Shown here piece by piece: positions 22,797 through 35,800 of a DNA stretch of 64,000 bases (positions within the stretch are counted from its first letter, which is position 1; the number at the start of each line of letters is the position of its first letter). Under the pieces are notes generated by a model. That model saw only the letters and a list, made by a program, of their open reading frames with translations, was not told the origin of the DNA and ran no database searches. Source of the DNA: Balanoglossus misakiensis (lineage: Eukaryota; Animalia; Hemichordata); the NCBI GenBank assembly GCA_040954595.2, contig CM082583.2:5764849-5828848 (forward strand). Reading direction: 5' to 3'. Both the position numbers and the translations under genes were made by a program.

Positions 22797-25700
22797 GCCA
22801 ACGACATATACCGACATTGACGCCGTCCCATTCCAGGGTTCTAATTGAAACGCATGTTTATGATGTCATGACAGAAATATATCTCGCTAGAAACAGATTC
22901 GATTTCGCAAACCGGTGTTCCCTCTTTTCAATACACGCAGTTTCTATAAGAACTCTTCTACTCAGACACGTCCCCATGGATCGAGCCACACTGAGCTGTA
23001 ATGGCGAATTCTCGGTTGGCACATCCCAGCTGCATACACACACACCGTTCTCGTCAAATTTTACTTATTTGATCTGAAAAGAAATTGTACCGATACCTTA
23101 ATGGTTTTCATAGGGGACCTCCGGTACATCTGTTGGTGCTAAATAAGGCTTTACTGTAATGTGATATACTTTAGTCTATGTCGTCAACTCCAATAGAGAA
23201 AGCACTTCTGTTGCGCACACGGCAATCGTAAATGGCATCTACTTCGTGAGCGCTCAACATGAAGTAATATCCAAATGTTTATCCTGGATTATCGTACTCA
23301 AAAACAGGAATTGCCCTCCGATAGGTCAATCCCCACAAGAGTTGCATGATTTTTCAGCATTCAGAAGTAAAAGTTAGTCAGCGGCTTTCTTGAATAGCCC
23401 GGTTATGTAAACTTGAAAAGAACCGAGTACGGACGATATTTGTGTGAACAAAAAATTAAGAAAGAAGGAGAGGGAGGGAGAAGTCCCCATTCTGTGTGAT
23501 CGTTCACTTGTTATGAATGGCACATCGTTAGCCAAAGCATTCTTGTGTTGCCACGTGCTTTGATCAAATTTATGGAAATTACCGTGGAAATCGGCACCGG
23601 CAGATGGATGCGGAAGCGGGCAGCATCTTCCTTGGACGGATAATCAGAAATCAATGAGCCGTGGATTTGCCAGGTATACTGCAATCGAGTCATGAAACTG
23701 TGGGAAATGAGAAAAAATCAGCGAAAATAGAGGTAAGTGCTGGATCCATTTTGTCATTAGTGCCGCGAGGGCTTGGATTTGAACGTTGGGACTAGGCCAA
23801 TTTGTGTTAGATGTAGTCAGTTAAGTGTGTTCACCATTCCCAATTAGGCCTTGCTGCCATAAGATATAATGATACACGTATGTTCGCGACTTCATCTTTG
23901 TGATGTCACGTGGCGTGGAAAAAAAACGCATCAAGCGATTTCATAATTTCGCATATGTACTGGCTGCCAATTGTTGCGTACCTATAACCCAACAATTTAT
24001 TCAGTTCGCATCTGTTGCTGCGCCACTGGCTGATAACCATGGCAACCCGTCTTACTCTACACGGGCGCGCGCGCGCGCCGAAGAGTTCACCAGAGCAACG
24101 GACTGTGTCAGCTGTATTTGTATTCGATGGATTTGCTGAAATGGTACACAGTGATGCGTTGTGCATTGAGGACTGTTGACTGAAAGCACTCGGTCGAATT
24201 CAATAAATGAGGTCTGCACGATTTATGGCGTATCTCGGGCAACATGGCGTCACGTACATGAACAAGGTATGTCTGTCACTAAATAAGCTCTATTCAAATA
24301 GCCGTTTACCTCACAGGGGAATAAACTTAACATCTGAAGCGGTTACTATTTTCATTTTTACTGTGTGCAATCTGAATTAACATATTTGAATAATTTTGTG
24401 TGGCGTACTTAATGGCCGGGAAATACACTCACCGGACTTAATTTGTACTGTTAACGTCAGAGATTTAAAAGCATTTGTTTCGGCCTTATTTTTCCCGCTC
24501 TCGCGGAGGAAAAAGCTTGTAATACTGGACAAATCCCCGTACGTGTACAAACAGACGTTAAATCGGATGCTTGGGTATAAGCGAACTGTTGTTGAGAATC
24601 GATGCACGTTCTCTGCAGAGTGGCGAGATAATGCCAATCAAAAATGAATGCCGGTCGAAAAAGCTGCCGATAATTCCACTATTGAAGTCTGAATCGGCCT
24701 CTTTCTAAGGAAAGCAAACAAAAGCACCAATTGGTTTAGATCTTTGCAGACAGAGGTTTCCCCCGTATACATCAATCATGGCTATTCTATTAGGGCTTCT
24801 GATAGTATTTTCCATGCTTTGGTATTTACTTCAAAATTAGCTGGATATCGCCATCATTGATCAATGTTATCAACCTTTCCTCGTGTACATGTTGAAACTG
24901 TTATTATCGAAATTATTTGGCACGAAATGTTATAAAAATATACATTAATGAATGTCATATACCCCTTCTAGCATATATGAACCAATAAGGTGAAACGACT
25001 GCACACGTATATTTTATCATCGTGCAAAAATACATCGAATGGTATTTTTTGCTCAGTGTGTAACAGGGATTGCTGAAGATTATCCATGTATTATTCGCAT
25101 TTAGTCTTATTGTCGAGTAAACCATTGTCAGTGAAATTGAAACTTCATAAGAAAATCTGCATTTCATCAAAAGCTGAGTCCAGCATTTGCATGCAGTTGA
25201 ATAACCTCATCGCTGGTTAAAATAACAAGATCTGTAGATTTAAGTATTCAACAGAAGTTCGCCTGTGAAATATCACTTACATAAATCCCCACAACGTCTT
25301 GTTTGTCTACTTAATCAGACCTCAATACTTGCGTTCTTAGATTTCCTTAGAATCATGATGGAAAGCAACTAGGCTTCAGATTTGTAAAAACAGTTGCGGC
25401 CTTGCGGACGAAATGAAAGAGGAAAGCCCGGGTTGAAAAGAGATAGCAATACATGATGACATCCGCTGTTATTAATACCGACTGACTGGGTTGAGTAACA
25501 CTGACATGCATAATCTGAGCATTGTCTGCATGTTAATTGTTGAATGGATAGAGAGAAAGGGGGGCTCGTCTCCCCGTGGGCCTGACTCCAATGTGGATAG
25601 AACAAGTGAACCGAGGTATAGTCTGGCTCGATGTTAGGGGATATCGTGTCCCTGCAAAAGGAAGTTGTTTCCGTCAATTATCCTTGAAAGCAGCGGTGAA

Positions 25701-27066
25701 TGTACTCGCCGTGGCTTGCTGTTGGCAAACACGATAACCAGTAATTAGGTTGTTGCCCACACTGCGAATTCCCACAGATAATGTTATTTTTTTTCATTTG
25801 ACCCACGAAAGACTAAAATCGCTCAATTTGTCGAAAGGGACGACACCCTTCTTACCGATCACTAGTAACAATGTTTTGACAGACTGGGAATTCACCAGGT
25901 AATAGCCCACTGGCCAGAAGAAAGGACGGTTAGAGTAATATGCCAAAATATATAAATATCTATGGAAATTTCACGATTTAACTTTAATAGGCAAATGCCG
26001 TGCTCGGGATGCATTAAATTGTTAAATGGAATTTGGAACATCGTATACAATTGATGAACGATTCCCTGGGGTGGACTTTGAAGATGTTCCGCGAAATTGG
26101 GAATTGCATTCGGAAACAAACAACATCGCCGATGGCGACAATTCATTTCATTAAAAGCGGAGACGGTCACCGCATAGAGGCAATATAGTCCAATTCGAGC
26201 TTTCCTTATCAATAGATGTATACAGTTATAGGCATCTTCATTCGCTGCAGTGAAATGCCAACTTTGTCTTTACGGTTCAATAAATCAATTTTACATTTCT
26301 TCGAAACTTTTTATGCACACTTGGGTTACGTTTCAACCGCTGACCACGAGTGGCCCGGACCCATCTTCCAGAGCTGTCCATGAGTGCACATTGCGAATTA
26401 GTCCATACATCGTATCCAATTTGTTCATATTGCTGTGATTTCGCAAGTGAGAATTGTCAGGATATTGCCGATCTTGAGTGCTGGCACCATAGTTTTTTTA
26501 CGAGGCTGTTGTCATTTTATCGAAATTGAATTTTATATTTAAGTCTTTCTCAATTTTGTTACCCCTACCATATGCCGGCTGACGTCACCAACTCGATTTC
26601 CCGATTTTATTTTATTGGCAGCGAAGTAATCTACTTATGACATTTTACCTTGCCCCATCTATTAATTTCCTTCCCGTTACAGCGATGGACTTCTGAAAAA
26701 TATTAAATTTTTATGATTTATGATTTCTATTCACGCTGACCTTGCCACAATCCATTCTCAGTATTCCGATGGTTCGACAGACCGATTTATTGAGTGTCTT
26801 TAGACTGTCAGCCGCAGGCTTGGTAGTGGCCTAGAGAGATGTCTATGAAATATTGCTTGCGCTCAGAAACCATCTAGTGGCAATGATTCTGGCTTAAACA
26901 TATTGCAATCAATGGTGGTGCCAACATTATACTGTAGTCAGCGCGATATTCTGATGGACGTGACTGGTGAGGCAAATTTAAGATTCGCGTGTGCTATGCC
27001 ACATTCAGGCTGTCTTGAAACATTTCCACTGTGTTTCGGACTCTGTCAATGAAGTATAACCACGTA

Positions 27067-27141
27067 TGTCTGTCTGTCTGTCTGTCTCTCTGTCTGCCTT
27101 TGTACTTGTGTGTGTGTGTGTGTGTGCGTGTATGTCCGTCC
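27067..27141. repeat. Compound (GTCT)n + (GT)n microsatellite
   Basis: GTCT units are followed by a (TG)n run at ~27108-27126. Confidence 0.85.
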
Positions 27142-28675
27142 AGACAAGCATACATATATAAATGAATGTTTCTGTGGATTTGCCAGTGTTGCAATAAATT
27201 CGGTTTAGTTCGACATATTGTAAGTATTGAATCCGAATAATTGTGAGTAAGTACGAATTTGGCAGATGGCTCCATCTCTCTTCACTGATTTATTTGCGCT
27301 CAGCGGACTTAAAGAGCAAAGTGATGAACAGTTTTGGGTAAATTTATTGAGAAGTTATTAGGTCCTCGCTAACACCTGGGATACGAAATCACTGCAGAGA
27401 TGGACGAACATACAGCCTATCCAGACACCATTACGCGCTCATTTACGCTTTGAAAGGACTGGGGAAAAAGTTAATTTCTGTATATGAACAACCATTACCC
27501 TTATCTGCCTTAGCATTAAACACTCAAGTGTTGTGCAACCTCTGGGATAAAAGAAAAGATATTAGCACATGCGATATTTAATGGAAAAGCTGAATGTATA
27601 TTATTTAAACTTTCCACCAGGGAACGCTAGAGCAGTCAACTAATTCATTGGAAGCAACGAGTTTCAGCATGAGCAATATTTCATGCTAATTGGTAAGTCA
27701 TCGGCTGCGCGCAGTTCCCTCGAGCGCTTCTGCGACAAGTTTACACTTTATTTTTATGTACCGAAGCCATGATCACGAGCCCTCGGTGGGTATTGTTATG
27801 CCCGGGGAGCTGAAGGATGTCAACCCTGGGTGTCGTTTCATAATTAATCATTGCGTACCCGTTTTAAAAGGTGACGTTTCCGCTTTGATCCCGTACCGTG
27901 CGGGCAGTAATGAAGTTTCAAATATGCGCTGGGTCAAATGCGCATGCGGCAATCACTGCAGCATTCAGAAGGTGACGCGCGTCTCTGTCAGTCATCGGTG
28001 GAAAGGGGCGTGTTTTCTCCGCCTGCCAACAAGAACGCATGACACGTGAGGAGCCGCACCCGTTTCGACCTCATACCATTACGCATATTGATCATTGGTT
28101 ACTTGGCACCGGCAAATATCCACCAACGAAGAAAAGCAGAGGTCGCAGTAGACGGTTTGCAACTTTGTTATAGACTGCGCTTGAAGTCTTGGTATTAATC
28201 GATAGAGAGGCTTATACAACATACACATTATATACATTGAATATATTATATAATTTTCCATTTTTGAACTATTTCCTCCATTCCGCCCTTTTTCAAATAG
28301 AACAAATAAATGTTACATGTTTCCTTATTTTACGAGCGGATTATCGTGATACATCGAGGCCGAGCGCGATCACGCTCTGTCGACTACAGACATATCACTT
28401 AAGTGTATATGTGATCGATGGCCGGTCTGCAGTTGAAAGATGCTAAGAATTCATTTTCCAAGTCAACTGTGCATGCACGCAAAATCTACAGTAAGCTGCC
28501 GAAGAGGATTAGCGTGTACTCCAGACTTCAGGATTTGGGCGGAAGCGGTCACTTTCAAGCTTATCAAGTACTCATTCGTTGCTTCGTTTCTAACGTATGT
28601 CTCTCGCTGAACAAGAGAAAGGCTGCCTTAATAATAAAGTTACGGGAAAATAAAATACGATCTATTTTCTGATCG

Positions 28676-28748
<73 letters not shown>

Positions 28749-28775
28749 GTATGTGATGTGAAGTGATGTGATGTG
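28676..28775. repeat. (CAT)n microsatellite followed by short (GTGAT)n
   Basis: Pure TCA/CAT run at 28676-28748, then a few GTGAT/GTGAA units. Confidence 0.95.
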
Positions 28776-29867
28776 ACGTAAGTGTTTATTATTGGAGGCA
28801 TAATGGGACAAAATGTGAACGATTATTAAACATTCTCGCCTACGTGCACGTGCTATGCGTGTAAATGATTTCATGGCTCGCATGTAAATATTCGTAGACA
28901 CTCGCTGACTGGCGGTACACGAAGGATGCAGTCATGCACATATTCTGATCATCAAAACTGATAAACTCGTCCAGGGAATGTCTCTCACGGCGTAAATGAT
29001 CCAGTCATTGAATCGAGGCGACTGCTGTCAGCTGGGAAGTTCCTTCGAGCTAACAGGGAATGTACTGAAGTGCACATCGACACCTGATTGTTAGCGAGTC
29101 GGTAAAATGTGAGACCTTTGTGGCGAAACGGTGATGAGTGCGGATCGATGTTTCTGTGTGTGTCTTCCCTTTGCGTTGTTTGCCACTCTATGTAAATAGC
29201 AGTGAATATCTGCTATATTGCACACGCGGCTATTTTTTGTCACCGAAAAATGTCACATCCTCCTCCTGGTATCTCACGAAGTTGAAATCGACAGCTACTA
29301 TAGACGACATAGATAAAGGAAATCTAATTTAGTTCGAGGAGCTAACAGCTGTTAAAGCCAAGGGCGAACACACACATGCTAAGATAGCGATGTCGTCACG
29401 CAGTCACCCTGCTTGACCCCTGACACAGTTTCTTGTCTCGCCCCCAACTCCCGCTGCCGACGGCGCGACTGGAGACGTCCGCCGCGAATGGGACCGGCAT
29501 CGGTGGTTATCAGCCGAAGAGAAAACGCGCCCCGAGGTGATCCTCTTCCCGTATTATACCAATCTGTTCAGAACATCTGAAAAACCTAATGAACCTACAC
29601 GGAAAAAAGAAGTTTGTGTATCCGATGTGATGAACACAATCAAACTTGGAAGATTAGTGTCTGCGGGGCATGGCTTTACAAAATTTATCATCATTCATCT
29701 TCGTTTACTGAATGACGACAAAGGGGGACTGAGCAAGCGCCAATTTCGTCGGAGTATAAAAGCATACACGATCCTGCCAAGTATCTTCCGCCTTCTCACA
29801 TACATGTGTTCACACATGCAATGCAGATGTGAATGTACTATACCGCGCCGGTTGCCAATCGTTATCT

Positions 29868-32800
29868 AAAAACATCATGGGTTATAGCTCATGAAAATCA
29901 TCCAAAAAAGACAATTTTCCGACTTTGCGTAAGTTCAAAATTTCTTCATTTTTGGAAAAAAATCATGGGTTATAGCTCATGAAAATCATCCAAAAATGAA
30001 ATTTTCCGGCTTTGCGAAATTTCAATATTTCTTCATTTTTTGAAAAAAATCATGGGTTATTGCTCATGAAAATCATTCAAAAATGAAAATTTTTCGACTT
30101 TGCGATAGTTCAAAATTTCTTCATTTTTTGAAAAAAATCATGGGTTATAGCTCATGAAAATCGTCCAAAAATGACAATTTTTCGACTTTCCGAAATATCA
30201 AAATTTCTTCATTTTTTCGAAAAAATCATGGGTTATAGCCCATGAAAATCGTCCAAAAATGACAATTTTTCGACTTTCCGAAATATCAAAATTTCTTCAT
30301 TTTTTCGAAAAAATCATGGGTTATAGCCCATGAAAATCGTCCAAAAATGAAAATTTTTCGACTTTCCGAAATATCAAAATTTCTTCATTTTTTCGAAAAA
30401 ATCATGGGTTATAGCCCATGAAAATCGTCCATAAATGACAATTTTTCGACTTTCCGAAATATCAAAATTTCTTCATTTTTTCGAAAAAATCATGGGTTAT
30501 AGCCCATGAAAATCGTCCATAAATGACAATTTTTCGACTTTCCGAAATATCAAAATTTCTTCATTTTTTCGAAAAAATCATGGGTTATAGCCCATGAAAA
30601 TCGTCCAAAAATGACAATTTTTCGACTTTCCGAAATATCAAAATTTCTTCATTTTTTCGAAAAAATCATGGGTTATAGCCCATGAAAATCGTCCAAAAAT
30701 GACAATTTTTCGACTTTCCGAAATATCAAAATTTCTTCATTTATTCGAAAAAATCATGGGTTATAGCCCATGAAAATCGTCCAAAAATGACAATTTTTCG
30801 ACTTTCCGAAATATCAAAATTTCTTCATTTTTTCGAAAAAATCATGGGTTATAGCCCATGAAAATCGTCCAAAAATGACAATTTTTCGACTTTCCGAAAT
30901 ATCAAAATTTCTTCATTTATTCGAAAAAATCATGGGTTATAGCCCATGAAAATCGTCCAAAAATGACAATTTTTCGACTTTCCGAAATATCAAAATTTCT
31001 TCATTTTTTCGAAAAAATCATGGGTTATAGCCCATGAAAATCGTCCAAAAATGACAATTTTTCGACTTTCCGAAATATCAAAATTTCTTCTTTATTTCGA
31101 AAAAATCATGGGTTATAGCCCATGAAAATCGTCCATAAATGACAATTTTTCGACTTTCCGAAATATCAAAATTTCTTCATTTTTTCGAAAAAATCATGGG
31201 TTATAGCCCATGAAAATCGTCCATAAATGACAATTTTTCGACTTTCCGAAATATCAAAATTTCTTCATTTTTTCGAAAAAATCATGGGTTATAGCCCATG
31301 AAAATCGTCCAAAAATGACAATTTTTCGACTTTCCGAAATATCAAAATTTCTTCATTTTTTCGAAAAAATCATGGGTTATAGCCCATGAAAATCGTCCAA
31401 AAATGACAATTTTTCGACTTTCCGAAATATCAAAATTTCTTCATTTATTCGAAAAAATCATGGGTTATAGCCCATGAAAATCGTCCAAAAATGACAATTT
31501 TTCGACTTTCCGAAATATCAAAATTTCTTCATTTTTTCGAAAAAATCATGGGTTATAGCCCATGAAAATCGTCCAAAAATGACAATTTTTCGACTTTCCG
31601 AAATATCAAAATTTCTTCTTTATTTCGAAAAAATCATGGGTTATAGCCCATGAAAATCGTCCAAAAATGACAATTTTTCGACTTTCCGAAATATCAAAAT
31701 TTCTTCATTTTTTGAAAAAAATCATGGGTTATAGCTCATGAAAATCGTCCAAAAATGACAATTTTTCGACTTTCCGAAATATCAAAATTTCTTCATTTTT
31801 TCGAAAAAATCATGGGTTATAGCCCATGAAAATCGTCCAAAAATGACAATTTTTCGACTTTCCGAAATATCAAAATTTCTTCATTTTTTCGAAAAAATCA
31901 TGGGTTATAGCCCATGAAAATCGTCCAAAAATGAAAATTTTTCGACTTTCCGAAATATCAAAATTTCTTCATTTTTTCGAAAAAATCATGGGTTATAGCC
32001 CATGAAAATCGTCCAAAAATGACAATTTTTCGACTTTCCGAAATATCAAAATTTCTTCATTTTTTCGAAAAAATCATGGGTTATAGCCCATGAAAATCGT
32101 CCATAAATGACAATTTTTCGACTTTCCGAAATATCAAAATTTCTTCATTTTTTCGAAAAAATCATGGGTTATAGCCCATGAAAATCGTCCAAAAATGACA
32201 ATTTTTCGACTTTCCGAAATATCAAAATTTCTTCATTTTTTCGAAAAAATCATGGGTTATAGCCCATGAAAATCGTCCAAAAATGACAATTTTTCGACTT
32301 TCCGAAATATCAAAATTTCTTCATTTATTCGAAAAAATCATGGGTTATAGCCCATGAAAATCGTCCAAAAATGACAATTTTTCGACTTTCCGAAATATCA
32401 AAATTTCTTCATTTTTTCGAAAAAATCATGGGTTATAGCCCATGAAAATCGTCCAAAAATGACAATTTTTCGACTTTCCGAAATATCAAAATTTCTTCAT
32501 TTATTCGAAAAAATCATGGGTTATAGCCCATGAAAATCGTCCAAAAATGACAATTTTTCGACTTTCCGAAATATCAAAATTTCTTCATTTTTTCGAAAAA
32601 ATCATGGGTTATAGCCCATGAAAATCGTCCAAAAATGACAATTTTTCGACTTTCCGAAATATCAAAATTTCTTCTTTATTTCGAAAAAATCATGGGTTAT
32701 AGCCCATGAAAATCGTCCATAAATGACAATTTTTCGACTTTCCGAAATATCAAAATTTCTTCATTTTTTCGAAAAAATCATGGGTTATAGCCCATGAAAA

Positions 32801-35800
32801 TCGTCCATAAATGACAATTTTTCGACTTTCCGAAATATCAAAATTTCTTCATTTTTTCGAAAAAATCATGGGTTATAGCCCATGAAAATCGTCCAAAAAT
32901 GACAATTTTTCGACTTTCCGAAATATCAAAATTTCTTCATTTTTTCGAAAAAATCATGGGTTATAGCCCATGAAAATCGTCCAAAAATGACAATTTTTCG
33001 ACTTTCCGAAATATCAAAATTTCTTCATTTATTCGAAAAAATCATGGGTTATAGCCCATGAAAATCGTCCAAAAATGACAATTTTTCGACTTTCCGAAAT
33101 ATCAAAATTTCTTCATTTATTCGAAAAAATCATGGGTTATAGCCCATGAAAATCGTCCAAAAATGACAATTTTTCGACTTTCCGAAATATCAAAATTTCT
33201 TCATTTTTTCGAAAAAATCATGGGTTATAGCCCATGAAAATCGTCCAAAAATGACAATTTTTCGACTTTCCGAAATATCAAAATTTCTTCATTTATTCGA
33301 AAAAATCATGGGTTATAGCCCATGAAAATCGTCCAAAAATGACAATTTTTCGACTTTCCGAAATATCAAAATTTCTTCATTTTTTCGAAAAAATCATGGG
33401 TTATAGCCCATGAAAATCGTCCAAAAATGACAATTTTTCGACTTTCCGAAATATCAAAATTTCTTCTTTATTTCGAAAAAATCATGGGTTATAGCCCATG
33501 AAAATCGTCCATAAATGACAATTTTTCGACTTTCCGAAATATCAAAATTTCTTCATTTTTTCGAAAAAATCATGGGTTATAGCCCATGAAAATCGTCCAA
33601 AAATGACAATTTTTCGACTTTCCGAAATATCAAAATTTCTTCATTTTTTCGAAAAAATCATGGGTTATAGCCCATGAAAATCGTCCAAAAATGACAATTT
33701 TTCGACTTTCCGAAATATCAAAATTTCTTCATTTTTTCGAAAAAATCATGGGTTATAGCCCATGAAAATCGTCCAAAAATGACAATTTTTCGACTTTCCG
33801 AAATATCAAAATTTCTTCATTTATTCGAAAAAATCATGGGTTATAGCCCATGAAAATCGTCCAAAAATGACAATTTTTCGACTTTCCGAAATATCAAAAT
33901 TTCTTCATTTTTTCGAAAAAATCATGGGTTATAGCCCATGAAAATCGTCCAAAAATGACAATTTTTCGACTTTCCGAAATATCAAAATTTCTTCTTTATT
34001 TCGAAAAAATCATGGGTTATAGCCCATGAAAATCGTCCAAAAATGACAATTTTTCGACTTTCCGAAATATCAAAATTTCTTCATTTTTTGAAAAAAATCA
34101 TGGGTTATAGCTCATGAAAATCGTCCAAAAATGACAATTTTTCGACTTTCCGAAATATCAAAATTTCTTCATTTTTTCGAAAAAATCATGGGTTATAGCC
34201 CATGAAAATCGTCCAAAAATGACAATTTTTCGACTTTCCGAAATATCAAAATTTCTTCATTTTTTCGAAAAAATCATGGGTTATAGCCCATGAAAATCGT
34301 CCAAAAATGAAAATTTTTCGACTTTCCGAAATATCAAAATTTCTTCATTTTTTCGAAAAAATCATGGGTTATAGCCCATGAAAATCGTCCAAAAATGACA
34401 ATTTTTCGACTTTCCGAAATATCAAAATTTCTTCATTTTTTCGAAAAAATCATGGGTTATAGCCCATGAAAATCGTCCATAAATGACAATTTTTCGACTT
34501 TCCGAAATATCAAAATTTCTTCATTTTTTCGAAAAAATCATGGGTTATAGCCCATGAAAATCGTCCAAAAATGACAATTTTTCGACTTTCCGAAATATCA
34601 AAATTTCTTCATTTTTTCGAAAAAATCATGGGTTATAGCCCATGAAAATCGTCCAAAAATGACAATTTTTCGACTTTCCGAAATATCAAAATTTCTTCAT
34701 TTATTCGAAAAAATCATGGGTTATAGCCCATGAAAATCGTCCAAAAATGACAATTTTTCGACTTTCCGAAATATCAAAATTTCTTCATTTATTCGAAAAA
34801 ATCATGGGTTATAGCCCATGAAAATCGTCCAAAAATGACAATTTTTCGACTTTCCGAAATATCAAAATTTCTTCATTTTTTCGAAAAAATCATGGGTTAT
34901 AGCCCATGAAAATCGTCCAAAAATGACAATTTTTCGACTTTCCGAAATATCAAAATTTCTTCTTTATTTCGAAAAAATCATGGGTTATAGCCCATGAAAA
35001 TCGTCCAAAAATGACAATTTTTCGACTTTCCGAAATATCAAAATTTCTTCATTTTTTGAAAAAAATCATGGGTTATAGCTCATGAAAATCGTCCAAAAAT
35101 GACAATTTTTCGACTTTCCGAAATATCAAAATTTCTTCATTTTTTCGAAAAAATCATGGGTTATAGCCCATGAAAATCGTCCAAAAATGACAATTTTTCG
35201 ACTTTCCGAAATATCAAAATTTCTTCATTTTTTCGAAAAAATCATGGGTTATAGCCCATGAAAATCGTCCAAAAATGAAAATTTTTCGACTTTCCGAAAT
35301 ATCAAAATTTCTTCATTTTTTCGAAAAAATCATGGGTTATAGCCCATGAAAATCGTCCAAAAATGACAATTTTTCGACTTTCCGAAATATCAAAATTTCT
35401 TCATTTTTTCGAAAAAATCATGGGTTATAGCCCATGAAAATCGTCCATAAATGACAATTTTTCGACTTTCCGAAATATCAAAATTTCTTCATTTTTTCGA
35501 AAAAATCATGGGTTATAGCCCATGAAAATCGTCCAAAAATGACAATTTTTCGACTTTCCGAAATATCAAAATTTCTTCATTTTTTCGAAAAAATCATGGG
35601 TTATAGCCCATGAAAATCGTCCAAAAATGACAATTTTTCGACTTTCCGAAATATCAAAATTTCTTCATTTATTCGAAAAAATCATGGGTTATAGCCCATG
35701 AAAATCGTCCAAAAATGACAATTTTTCGACTTTCCGAAATATCAAAATTTCTTCATTTATTCGAAAAAATCATGGGTTATAGCCCATGAAAATCGTCCAA

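Noticed and set aside
30215-30232. CENP-B-box-like motif TTCG-AAAA-A-AT-CATG in each monomer
   Set aside because: Only 7 of 9 core bases match and the essential CGGG is CATG. Such a match is easy to obtain in A-rich sequence, and CENP-B itself is not expected in this kind of genome.
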